Shown in pieces: positions 51,548 through 63,313 of a stretch of DNA of 64,000 nt. Position numbers and translations under genes: made by a program. Numbering within the stretch: position 1 is the stretch's first letter; the number at the start of each line of letters is the position of its first letter. This stretch comes from Cyanophora paradoxa CCMP329 (lineage: Eukaryota > Plantae > Glaucophyta), in NCBI GenBank assembly GCA_004431415.1, contig QPMI01000203.1, positions 94,641 to 158,640 of the forward strand. Reading direction: 5' to 3'. The notes under the pieces are model-generated. The model saw only the letters and a list, made by a program, of their open reading frames with translations. It was not told the origin of the DNA and did not search any database.

Positions 51548-52735
51548 TCATCGCTGTATTGGAGGATCTCGTGCTTGGGCGTCGTCGCTAGCTGGGGAGG
51601 GGGCGGCGGCGGCGACGGCAGCGGCTGAGGCGCGAGTGAGGCAGTGGAGGAAGACGGAGGGCCAGAGGCGGCCGCTGACGGCCGCGAGGGCGCTAAGTTG
51701 AATGCCGCGCCACTGCGGGCAGGGGGCGCCGGGATGAGTAGCGGTGAGGGCGGCGTGCGGCCAGCGGGGGGGGGCGGGCGGCCGCGCACGAGTTCGGAGC
51801 CGAGGGCGTGGAGGGCGGCCTCGCGGCGGCGGGCGGCGCGCTCCTCCAGCACGGCCACGTCCTTCAGCATCCGCCGCAGCGCCCGCTGCTGCCGCCTCCC
51901 CGCCTCCACGTCCCCCGCCGCCGCCCGCGACAGCAGCTCCTCTGCGGCCCGCACTGCCCCCCCCGGGTGCTCCGCGGGCCGCTGGAGGACGCGCAGGGCG
52001 CGGGAGAGAGCTTCGGCCTCCTCGCGGAGGGCCCCGCGCGCGCTGAGACGCGCTCGAGCCGCGACGCGCTGCGGTAGGCCTCCGAGCCGCAGTGCACGCC
52101 GCTGTAGAGGGCCGCCGAGGCGGCGGCGGCGCCGGCCGCGCCGAGGCCGGCCGCGCCGAGCCGCCACTGCAACAGGCCGCGGAAGAAGAGCTCCTCGAGG
52201 AAAGGGAGGCCGTAGATGGCGTCGAAGCGCTTCGGGTCGAGCACGCCGAGGTGGCTCTCCAGCGCGAGGGACTGCACCGCCTCCAGCGGCCCCGCTCCTT
52301 GGGAGCGGGTCTGGCGCTGCGCAGCGTGTATCGCATGCTGGCTTCAGCGCCGCGCTGACTCCGAAGCCCCACGACATTGAGGGCGGGGAGCGCACGTAGA
52401 CGACTTCGGCCGCAGCGGCGGAAAGGATGCAGAGGGAGGCGGCTGCTCGGAGGGGAGACAGGGGCGTGGCGAGCTGCGCGAGCGGCAGAGGTGGTTGAAC
52501 GTGCCTTGTCAATCTGCAGGCGACGGCATACGCTGTGCACGACACCGCTGCTGCTGGAGACGCCCACTGCCGTGTTCGGATCAAAGATTGCGCGCGCGGA
52601 GGCCCGCGCAGGCGTACGCACGTCGTCGAGCACAGGAGGTGAGAGCCCGTGGAACAGCGCGCCGGCGGCGAGGCAGCCAGATGACAATCCGAGTTCAAGC
52701 AGCACGGAACGCACACGCTCTGCAAGGGGGCGCAT
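51548..52735 (-). CDS. CPBP/Abi (type II CAAX protease-like) intramembrane metalloprotease
   Basis: PFLEELFFRGLLQ (EExxxR), SAALYSGVH (FxxxH-like), SGRLWPSVFLH (final His motif). A long helical insertion lies between the motifs. Confidence 0.7.
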   Translation of the reverse strand: MRPLAERVRSVLLELGLSSGCLAAGALFHGLSPPVLDDVRTPARASARAIFDPNTAVGVSSSSGVVHSVCRRLQIDKARSTTSAARAARHAPVSPPSSRLPLHPFRRCGRSRLRALPALNVVGLRSQRGAEASMRYTLRSARPAPKERGRWRRCSPSRWRATSACSTRSASTPSTASLSSRSSSSAACCSGGSARPASARPAPPPPRRPSTAACTAARRPTAARRGSSASQRARGPPRGGRSSLPRPARPPAARGAPGGGSAGRRGAAVAGGGGGRGGGEAAAAGAAADAEGRGRAGGARRPPPRGRPPRPRLRTRARPPAPPRWPHAALTATHPGAPCPQWRGIQLSALAAVSGRLWPSVFLHCLTRASAAAVAAAAPSPASDDAQARDPPIQR

Positions 52736-53093
52736 GGGATGGGAATCCTGGGATGGATGGCTTGTGGATCGCGGCGGACAAGGTTGCCGCCGAACGCGAT
52801 CTCAGTTCGGCCGAACGTTAACGCGGCAGCATTGCATTTCAGACGCGACCAACGACATCTGGACTAGCCCTATCGGCGGTTTGCTGTGCAGCCTGTGCTG
52901 CAGTTTCGTCGGTTTGCTGTGCTGCAGTTTCGGCGGTTTCGGCCGCGAAATTCAGCCGCAATTTCGGCGTTGAAGGGGGGTAGGTGGGCCTACAGCCTGC
53001 AGCGGCCACTGAGCGCTGCAGCGGTTACTGAGCGCTTTAGCGAGACGTTGTGTATATGCTGCCGGTACAGCAGCTATGAGCCTTGGCTGAGCG

Positions 53094-56000
53094 ATGAGTG
53101 CTGGGCCAGCGGGGCCGGCCGCCGGCTTCGGCCGGCTGGTCGGGGTTTTGAGCGGTGCTGGCCCAACTAGCTCGGTGCTCAAGCGACTCGCTGTGCCTTT
53201 GGCCGCCGCCCAGCCCGACGAGTCCTCCAGCTCAGAGGTGCAGCGCCGCCCAGCTGGGCGAGATGTCCAGCGCTGCTCTGTGCGTGATGTCCGATCATCG
53301 CATGTGCAGGATGAACAGGTTGCGAACTCGAGTCCCGGGGGAGGCGCAACCGCGGGTAGCGAAGGGACCGGAGCCCAGCAGGCGTCCACCCTAGCGCCCG
53401 GAGCATCCGAGCAGTTGGACCCAGCGCCGTCTAGGAGAGGAGCGCCGCTCTCTCTGCCTCCCCCTCCGCCCTTGTACGACTTCTCCCAAGATCAGTCGGA
53501 GCTCTACAACGGGATCCCCGTTCCCAAGACGTGCGCAGACGCTACGGCGTGCCTGCATCCCGCCTGAGCCGCTCTCCGCGCAGCGGCGTGCCGTTCCCCC
53601 TCATAATGCCCCCGCCTCGCCACATCATCGATGAGCCGGCGGAGCCGGAGCCGCTGGCGGTGCAGCGGGAGAACTTGATCCAGGTCTGCGCGCCCCGGTT
53701 GCGCGCTGCTCGGGCGGGGCGGCGAGCGTGGGGCGCAGGACATGATCGCGCACGACCTTAAGAGGCAGCTGGCCCCCGAGAAGGTCCTCAACAGGATCGT
53801 CTACGACTGCATCGAGCCCCCGCCCCGCTTCAAGGCCCGCCCGCACCGCCAACGTACCGTCTGCGCGCTGCTCGAGGGATTGACGCGGGGCGGCAGGAGA
53901 AGGCGGCGCCGGAGCTGCCGCCGGGGCGGCTGCACGCGTGGTGGGAGCTGGAGGGCGCAGACGACCGGACGCTCCTCTTCGAGTCTCGCTTCGAGTCCGG
54001 CAACCTCCGCCGCGCCATCCAGATGTCCGCCCCCGGCCCCCGCGCCCCCGCCCCCGCCCGCTCCCCGGGCCCCCGCCTTACAGGGGAGGGGGCAGCTACC
54101 CCGAGGAGTACGACCTGATCCTGCGGCCGGACATCAACACGCGGGGCCACACGCAGTGGTACTACTTCCAGATCAAGAACGCCCGCAAGGGCGTCAAGTA
54201 CAAGGCGCGCCCCGCCCCGCGCCCCCGCCCCGTCCCGGCCCCGCCCCCGCCCTCCCGCGCGCTTCCTTTCCGCTCCTTTTGCTGAGGGGCGGGGGCAGTT
54301 CAACGTGATCAACATGGTGAAGAGCGACAGCCTGTACAACCAGGGCATGCGGCCCCTCTTCTACTCGGAGCGGATGGCGCAGCAGGGCCCGCCCCCGCCC
54401 CCCGCACCCGTCGGCTGGGCGGCGTCTGAGGGGGCGCAGGCGTGGGCTGGCGCCGTTGGGGCGAGGACGTCTGCTACTACCAGAACCAGGCGCGCCGGGC
54501 GGCCGCGCGGCGTGCGAGCGCGGCGAGGGCCGCCGCTGACGGGAGGGGCGCAGATCAAGCGCAACAAGGGCTACTACTTCACCCTCACCTTCAAGATGGA
54601 GTTCCCCCGTGCGCCCCGCCCCGTTCGCTGCGCCGCCGGCCGCGGGGCGACGGGTGGAGGCGGGGCGCAGACGAGGAGGACGCGTGCTACCTCGCGTACT
54701 GCCAGCCGTACACCTTCACCGACCTCCAGACGTCCGTGCCGGCGCCCGGCCGCGCGCGAGGCGGCCGCCGAGGGGCGAGCGGGGGGCAGGTACCTGAAGG
54801 CGCTGGAGGACGACCCGAAGCGCCGCAACCGCATGCGCCGCCGCGTCCTCTGCCAGACCCTCGCCGGCAACAAGTCCGCCCCGCCCCCGCAGGCGGGGCA
54901 GGGGCCGGGGGTGACGCTGCGCAGCTGCGACCTGCTGACGATCACGTCGTTCGCGTGCGACCCCGAGGCGCTGAAGGCGCGCAAGGGCATCGTCGTCACG
55001 GGGCGCGTGCACCCCGGCGAGTCCAACTCCTCCTGGATGATGAAGGCGCGCCCGGGGGCCGCCGGGGGGGCGGGGGCGGGCGGGGCTGAGGCAGCGCAGG
55101 GCTTCATCGACTACCTGACGGGCCCGAGCCTCGACGCGAAGATCCTCCGCGACAACTTCGTCTTCAAGATCGTCCCCATGCTCAACCCCGACGGCGTGCG
55201 CGCCGCCCCTCCCGCCCCTCGCCCCGCGCGCGCTGAGGGGAGGGCAGGTGATCAACGGGAACCACCGGTGCTCGCTGGCCGGCTGCGACCTGAACCGCCA
55301 GTGGATCGACCCGAGCAAGCGCCTGAACCCGACCATCTACTGCACGAAGATGGCGCGCCCCGCCAGCACGCCCCCGCCACGACGCACGCGGGGCACGGGC
55401 GACGGGGCGGGGCGCAGATGATCAAGCGGTTCACGGAGGACCGGCAGGTCGTCCTCTTCGTCGACCTCCACGGCCACAGCGTCCGCCCCGCCCCGCCCCG
55501 CGGCCCGCAGCGCCGCAGCGCCGCGCCGCGCGGGGGCCGACGGGTGGGGGCAGCGGAAGAAGAACATCTTCATCTACGGGTGCGAGAACCGGGCGAACCT
55601 CGAGCGCCGCCTCCGCGAGCGCATCTTCCCCCGCATCCTCTGGAAGGTCCCCGTCCCCGCCGCCCCCCCGCCCCCGCCGTCGCCGTCCCCGAGGGGCCGG
55701 GGCGGCAGAACGCGCACGACTTCTCGTTCGCGGACTGCGCGTTCAAGGTGCAGAAGAGCAAGGAGGGGACGGGGCGGGTGGTGGTGTGGCGCGACTTCAA
55801 CATCGTCAACTCGTACACGATGGAGGCGAGCTTCTGCGGGGCGAGCTTCGGGCGGCACTGCAGCACGCAGTTCCACACGCGCCACCTCGAGGAGATGGGC
55901 CACTTCTTCTGCGACACCATCCTCGACTTCTACGACCCCGACCAGTCCAAGGCCCGCCCCCGCCGCGCCCCCGCCCCGGCGCGCTTCCGGGTGCGGTTCG

Positions 56001-58413
56001 GGGCGGGGCGCTGAGGGGCGGGGCGGCAGGTGCAGGCGGTGCTGCGGGAGCTGGAGGCCCTCTACCCCCTCCGCGCCTACTCCGGCGCCGACGACTCCGG
56101 CGCCGACGACAAGTGCCCCCGCCCCGCCCCGCCCCGCGCGCCCCCGGGGTGCGAGGCGGGGCGCAGCGGGTCGGACTCGGACGCCGAGTCGGAGGAGGAG
56201 ACGCTCGACGCCGCCGCCGCCGCCGCCGCCGCCGTGGGCGACGTCGTCCGCCGCCCGCCCAAGAGCGCCTCGCGCCGGAAGAAGGAGCGCGCCGCCGCCC
56301 GCAAAGGCGGCAAGCGCGGCTCCGCCTCGGGCCCTCGGCGGCCGCCGCCGGCAAGGCCGCCGCGGGGCGCGCGACCAAGGCCATGTTCGCGGCCGCCGCC
56401 GCGGCCGCGGCGGCGCAGCTCGCCGCGGAGCAGGCGGGCAACGGGGGCAAGGCGGGGGCAGCCGGGGGAGCTGGCGGGGCGGCCGGCGGGGTGCCGCCGG
56501 CGGTGCCGCGGCGGCGCGGGAGCAAGAAGGGCCTCGACATCATGGAGAACGGGCCCCTCGTCGTGCCCCCGCCCCAGGCCCCGGCCCGACATCTACTTCT
56601 CGTACCCCTCCGAGGCCCGCCCCCCCGCGCGCCCGCCGGCCCGCGCGCGGCGGGCGGGGTGACGGGGCGGGGGCAGGAGTCGGCGGGGGCGGTGGGCCAG
56701 CGCTCGGGAGCGCCGGCCTCGGGGCCGGGGGGGCCGGCAGCCGCTCGGTGAGCCCGTACGCGCAGGGCAGCCCCTACGGCTCCTTCCCCTTCGTCAGCGG
56801 CTACGCCAACCCCTCCGTCTCGCCGTACCCCCCCGCCTTCCGCGGCGACCCCGGGTGCGCCCCGCCCCGCCCCACCGGCACGGGCGCCGGGGGCGAGCGG
56901 GGCGGCAGGGGGTACACGTCGTACGCGGCGATCGTGGCGGCGGCGGGGGCGGCGGCGGAGCCGAAGGGCGGGTCTCCGCCGTCGGGGACGCCGGCGTCGG
57001 CGCCCTCGTCGGCCTCCTCGCTCGTCGCCTCGCGCGAGGTCACCGCCGCCCTCGAGGCCGCCGCCGGCTCCCTGCCCTACTCCCGCGCCGTCCTCTCCCG
57101 CATCTCCGAGCAGGTCTCCGCCTTCGTCTCCCCCCGCAAGCGCCCCGCCACCGCCTCCGCCGCCCCCGACCCGCCCCCGCCCCACCCCGTCCGGCCCCCC
57201 GAGGGCCCCCCGCCTCCGCCCCTCCCCTCCGCCACTCCGCCCCGCCCCGCACCGCCGTCGCCTCCCCATGCCCGTCCCGTCGCCGCCAGCCGCCGCCCGA
57301 CAGCCCTCTCCCGTGCGCCCCCACTCGCCCGGCCCCTCGTGGCCCGCCTTTTGAGTGCCCGCGCAGGCCCGCCCCCCCTCGGCCGCCGCCGCGCAGCCTC
57401 CGATGCCTCCAGCGGTGCGTGTGACGCCCCGCGAGGGCGCGCTGCGGGAAGGGTGACGGGGGCGGCAGGTGGAGAAGGAGCGGGCGGGAAGCGCGCGCGG
57501 GGGCTCCCTGGCCGTGCACACCCCTGACGCCGGTCCCTCCGCCTCCCGCTGTGCGCCCCGCCCCGCCACGCCACGCCACGCCCCGCCACGCGGCGCCGGC
57601 GTGACGCGAGGCGGGCGCAGACCTCTCCGTCTCCCGCGGCGCGGCGAGCGTCGGCACCGTCTCCCCGCCCGCCTTCTCCCCCTCGGGAGCCCCCTCCTCC
57701 GCCCCCCTCCCGGGCCCCTCCCGGCCCCTCAGCGGCGGCTCCTCGCGCCCCCTCTCCCCGCAGCCGCCGGCACCGCCCGCGCCCGGCACCTACGTCCGCC
57801 ACCGCGACAGGCCCGCCCGCACCGCGCCGCGCAGCCCGCCCGCGCCTCTGAAGCAGGCGCGCAGGGAGAGCAGCGTGAGCCCGGGCCGGCGCTCGGGCGC
57901 CCCCGACGACGGGCCGGCGCCGCTGGTGCCGGTGCGCGCCGCCGCGCCCCGCCGCCGCCGGCCGCCGACGCGGGCGCAGCTGGCGGGGCCCTCGGCCGGC
58001 TTCGGGATGCTGCCGCGCCTCTTCCCGCGCAGCGCCCCCGCCCGGGGAGCGCCCCCCGCTGCCGGCCTCGCCGCCGCCCGAGGCGGAGGGGCGGGGGAGC
58101 GGGAGGGCCGGCGTCGGCGTCGAGCACGCCCTCGCCGCCCTTCGCGGCCGCCGCGACGGGCGGCACGCCGCGCTTCGCGCAGGCCCTCCGCTCCCGCGTC
58201 GGCTCCGCCGGCACCGCCCGCCCCCCTACTCCCCCTCCTCCGGCCCCGCCGCCCGCCCGCCCCCCGGCGCCCCCTCCTCCAAGCCCGGCCCCGCCGGCCT
58301 CCGCAGCAACTCGTTCAGTCGCTCCCCCGGCGTGCCGGCCGGCGCCGGCGGCGGGCAGGGCGGCCCCGCCAGCGGCCCCTCCTTCTTCTCCTAGCCGCCC
58401 TCCCCGCCCCTGA
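53094..58413 (+). CDS. Cytosolic carboxypeptidase (CCP/AGBL/Nna1 family, M14D tubulin deglutamylase)
   Basis: [19 protein letters not shown]...[89 protein letters not shown]. Long low-complexity tail; 3' end approximate. Confidence 0.93.
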
Positions 58414-58734
58414 GCATGATGCATTTTCTGTCCATTGCAATGCGTACCCAGAACTAGGTCTCGCGCGGCCTGAGCACCGGGCACTTCTTCCGCGGGGGGC
58501 ACCCGGCACGCCCTCGCAAGCTCGGCACCGTGGCACCTCCAGATGTAAATTCACACGCAATTGTATAGCTGCTGTGATCAGACTGCACAAGCCTCTTCAG
58601 ACTTGGTCTGCATGAGCACCGCCGGGCCGTGTGAACTTATGTACCCGGGTGACCCCCTACGAAGCCCGCCCTCCCAGAGATCCCTACGCACAGGCGTACA
58701 GAGCCCTACCCCCGCCCCTTTGTGACGCCCTTGC

Positions 58735-61375
58735 TCAGTAGATGGGCACGTCCGTCTGCAGTGGGTGAGTGAGGGGCGGCGCAAGGAGAGGAGGGGGCGG
58801 GGGGGCGGGCCTCGTAGTCCCACTTCTCGTCGACGAAGTCGTTGTGCCAGATGTCGCCCCACCTGCGCCGGCGTCAGCGGCGCGGCGCGGCGCCGGGGCG
58901 GGCGGCGCGCTTGTGGAAACGCCCGCCGCCGAGGTCGCGGCCGCCCCAGTTGCGGCCCCAGCTGCGCGGCCGGCGGCGTCACGGGCGGGGCCGGGGGCCG
59001 GGGGCCGGGGGCCGGGGGGCGGGGGCGGGGCGGAGCGCGCCGGGAGCCCTTGCCGTCGTCGGCCCACTTGGAGGTCCACTTCTCGATGGAGGAGAAGTCG
59101 GCGCGGTAGAGCTCCCCCCAGTTCTCCTCCCACTCCTCCCCGTCCCCGTTCTTCCCCTTCTTGCGGGCCCCCTTCTTGACCGTCCCGTCCTCGTGCCGGT
59201 TCTCCCACCACTTCTCCTCCCACACGTCCCCCCGCGCGTTCTTGCCCCTGCCCGCCCCACCGTCGGCCCCCGCCGGCGCCGGCGAAGGGGGCGGGGCGGG
59301 GCGGGGCACGTCTTCTCGGCCCACTTGACGTCGCGGCGCTCCTCCCAGTGCTCGAACCACTCGTCGCCGTGCTCGTTGGTGCCCGACTTCTCCGCCCACT
59401 TCTCCCCGTCCTCGTTCGTCCCGTACCGGTCGTGCCACACCTCCCCCGCGGGGTTCCGCCCCGTCTTCTCCACCTCCTCCCAGCCCGCCGCGTTGCCCAC
59501 GTACGTCACGCGCCAGACGTTGCCGTGCTCCTGGCCCGGCTGCGGCTCCTCGTCGCCCCACTCCTCCCCGTACCTGCCGCCCCGCCGCCCCGCCGCCCCC
59601 GTCGCCACCCGCCCCGCGAACACGCGCGGCGCGAGGCGGCGCGCACCGGTCGCCGTTGGCCTTGACGCCGTCCTTGCGGCCCCACTTCTTGGCCTCGGCT
59701 TTGTTCTCGCCCCACTTCTCCACGTACGTCTCCCGCCCGCCCGCCTCGTCCACCCGCTCGAACCTGCCGCCGCTCGGCCCCCGTGCCCCGCCCCAGGCCG
59801 GCGGCGCTGGGGCCGGGCGGACCACTTCTCCCAGGTGGTGACGTTGCCGCCGGGCTCGGCGATCATCTTCTCGCCCCACCTGCCGCCCCGTCGGCCCCGC
59901 CCCGCCGCCGGCCGCGCACAGCGGAGGGGCACTTCTCGCCGGCGCCGTTGTCGGCCCACTGGTCCACCGTGCGCTCCCCCGTGCGGCCCGAGGTGAACGA
60001 CTTCTCCCCGTACCTGCCCCCGCATCGGCTCCGCGCGAGGGGCGGGGGCGGGGGCGGGGGCGGGCGGGGCGGACGAGGCGCCGTCGGGGGTGGCGCCCCA
60101 CTTCTCGCCCCACTGGTCCCCCGACGAGTTGGAGCCGACCAGCTGCCGGCCCGTCAGCGAGGCGACCCGCGCGCCCCGCGGGGCCGGGCGGCGCGCGCCT
60201 CGCCGGCGATGCCGCCGCCCTCGAGGGGCTTCTCGCTCCACTTCTCCGACCACTCCCCGTTGCCGTCCCGGCCCCACTTCTCCCCGCGCCGCGTCCCGTC
60301 CGCGTCTGCCGCCCCGCTGAGCGGCGCCGGCGCGCCCCCTCCCGGCGCGCGCACCCGTCGTCCAGCTCTCCTCCCACGGCTCCCCGTTCTCGTTGACGCC
60401 TGCGCCGGCCGGCCGCGTCGGCGCCGCGGCGCTGGAGCGGGGCGGGCGCACCGGACTTGCGGCCCTCGCTGGGGCCCGAGGCGGCGGCGGCGTGGCGCCA
60501 GGCCGAGGGCGCCGCCGGCACGGGCGGGAGGGTCATGGCGGGGATGGAGGGCGCCGCGGCGAAGGCCAGCGCCGGGTGCTCGTTCTCCTTGTTCTTCGCC
60601 GCCGCCTTGCCCTTGCCCTGCCGGCCCCGTCAGCCGCGCTCGGGCGGGCTGAGCAGAGCGGGGGCGGGCCTTGGCCTTGCGGGTGAGGCTCTCGTCGAGG
60701 ACGTAGAGGTCGGGGCGGTGCGTCTCCTCCTGCGGCTTCCGCTTCGGCGGGCTCGCGGGGCGCGGGCCCAGGTTGAGCGCCGCCAGCACGGTCTCCTCCG
60801 GCAGCGCCCGCACCGCCGCCATCACCTCCTCCTCAGTCACCGTCCCCGCCCCCCGCACCGCCACCCTGCGCGCACGTACGCACTCGCCACTTGACCGGAC
60901 CTCGCTCGCGGTGCGCGCGTGCGCACCCGCCCCCAGCGGCGCCGCGGCTGCTCTCCGGCCGGCAGCGGAGCTCGTGCAGCGCGAGACTTGCCGCCGGGAC
61001 TTTCCGCCCGCACTTGTCGCACAGGGTCCCGTCCTCGCCCCCGATCTCATCGAGCCGCAGGCCTGCGCGCGACAGCGAAACGGTCAGCAGAGCACGCGGT
61101 GCGCAGGATCGCGCCGTGCGCGCGCGCCTTTGCCCTGGAAGGGCACGAAGTCCTCGGACCAGGGGACGGCCGGCCGCTGGGGGGGCACCCATTCCGCGGG
61201 ACGCTCTGTGAGAGGTGCTCTTCTCACTTGAATGGGCTTTGGCTGCGATACGTAGACGCGCGCGGGAGATCGGTCGGCTGGGGAACGCGCGCAGGGGGGA
61301 GGGGGGCGAACGCACTGGCTCGACGGTCACGACCTGCGAGGTCGTACCGCGGCCTCCGCGTGACTGTTGCCGCAT
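58735..61375 (-). CDS. ESV1/LESV-like Trp/Glu/Gly-rich putative starch-binding protein with an N-terminal C2HC zinc finger
   Basis: Repeated segments GVNENGEPWEESW, GEKWG, WSEKWSE, EKTGRNPAGEVW, WAEKSGTNEHGDEWFEHWEE, GKNARGDVWEEKWWE, WEENWGELY...KWTSKWA, WGRNWG, WGDIW. N-terminal CDKCGRKVPAASLALHELRC. Stop at 58735. Confidence 0.7.
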
Positions 61376-61455
61376 TCTGGTGTCTTTGCGCGTATGCGAC
61401 GACTTTTTTCTGGATTCTTCCCCGTCCGGGGAGAACCCGCGGTGGGGTACGCTGC
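61376..61455. promoter_or_regulatory. 80-bp divergent interval containing GGGGTAC
   Basis: ATGs at 61375 (-) and 61456 (+). GGGTAC at 61445-61450. Confidence 0.55.
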
Positions 61456-62807
61456 ATGGAGCTTCTGTGCGGCTACTCCAAGCTCGACGGGACGCGCTGG
61501 CGCCGCGCGAAACGCGAAGTGCGCGTATCGGTGGCGGATTCCGCGCTCCAGATCGTGTTCAACGATGCCGAGAAGACATTGCTTGTGCGCCGCTTAAAGC
61601 TTGCCCTTGCTGCACTTTCGTGGGCCTGATTGGCGCGTACGTAGGATCGATGCGCACTGGATGAGCCGCTCAAGGGCTATGGCCACGGCCTTGTAGTGCT
61701 CGATTTCTCCCAGCGCGACCCTCACCAGCTGGGCTTCCGCTATTCGACTCCCGAAGTGAGCTCTGGAAGGCACGCAATTTGCTGACGCCACTCACTTCGA
61801 TGTCGCACAGGGGCAGACCAAGTCGTGCGGTCGTCCGCGCGTGTATGCGTTGCGCGCCTGACGCGTAGCAGGTTCCTCTTGCACCTGCCAAGCGACGCCG
61901 GACGCGCCCTCCTTGAACGCGCTCTTGAACCGTTCCGTCTCGCTCCTGCCCGCTCCTGCAGAAGCTCGGCCCTCGCTGCTGCCGAGCCCGCGCCGGCCCT
62001 GCGGCCGGATGCAGCGCCCTCTCGTCCCCTCGGCGGGCAGGAGGCGCGAGTCTCTCTCCGCGCGCAGGAGGCGGATCCGCGCGGCCGGCCATGGCCGGTG
62101 CCGCAGGGGCAGGGGCCGCCCCTCCTGTATGAGCCCCCACCCTCGTCGCGGAGCGCGCCGCCGGAGTCTGAAGGCCCGCCGCCCGCGCCCGCGCCCGCGG
62201 CCCCTCCGCCGGGCTCCCTTTCGCAGGCGCGCCCCTTCGCCCCTGGCGCGCGCCCCTCGCGCTGACTGGCGCGCAGCGGCTGCAGGCGGCGCGCGCAGCG
62301 CTGCGGGCGAGCGCGCAGCTGAGCGCGAGCGCCGAGCCGCCCGACGGCGGCCCCTCGAGCTCGGGGCCGTCCCCGCCGCCCGTCGGGGCCGCTCGGCCCT
62401 GCCCTCCCGCCGCTTCCTTCTCGCCCCCCGCCCCTCCCGCCTCTTCCTCCCGCGCCCGTCCGCTGGCTCCTCGCCGGCCGCGGCCGAGGCGTCGAGCGCG
62501 CCATCGGCCCCGCGGAGGAGCCGCCCTCGGGGCCCGGCAGCGCCGGCGCCACGGCCACGGCGGCATCTGCGGGGCGGGCGGGCCTGTGGGCGGGGAGGCG
62601 GGGGCGGGGCCGGGGGCCGGGGGGGAGGCGGGGGAGGAGGGGGCGCTGCGGGGGGAGGTGCTGGCGCTGCTGGCGGACCCCGCCTTCCCCCGTGCGCCCC
62701 CCGCGCCCTCGAGCACCCCCGCGTGGCCCGAGACCGGCCCGGGCGCAGGCTTCGTGGAGCGCGTGGGGCGCCTTTGGGAGGCCGCCCTCGCCCCGCCCCG
62801 CCCCTGA
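61456..62807 (+). CDS. REC114/PHS1-like meiotic double-strand-break accessory protein
   Basis: N-terminal beta-rich PH-like region: YSKLDGTRW...VRVSV...LQIVFNDAEKTLL|DRCAL...LGFRYSTPE|GQTKS|FLLHLPSDAGRALLERAL. Then a disordered linker and C-terminal EVLALLADPAFP|RFVERVGRLW, resembling the REC114 motif L.D..FP.FVE.V. Confidence 0.6.
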
Positions 62808-63313
62808 CCCCGCCCCGATCCCGCCCCGGCACCTCCAGCTCCCCGCTGCCAGGGGCCCCGCAGCTCGCGGTCGGCGCGGGATCCAGCTCAAGAGATCCCG
62901 AGCCCGGCACTCTTTTGTCGCCGCACCCCCACAATCCGGCCGGCCCGGCGGCACGGCGCTCCTCGTTCTAGATTTCGTCCTCGTTCAGCTCGATCTGCAT
63001 ATAGCTAGCTATGATTAGCTCATCCCTCCTCGCTCGTACTGAAGCAAGAGGGTTCTTTCGTTTCCCTTCGTTTTTGGAGTTCCCTCATATCCGATTCCTC
63101 CCCTCGCCGAGTTGATCGATCACATGCATCCCTTGCATGCCCCTCCCCTTCGATTCCCCTTCGATTCCCCCCTAGCTAGATCTACGAGAGGTATCGTTCT
63201 AGAGTTCATGATCATGATCATGAGGGATCCGGAGCCCTCTTCCCTCGTCGATATCTTTTTAAGGGGAGCCCGCGGCCGGATACGCCTTTAAATTTTGAGG
63301 TCCGGGGTTCATT

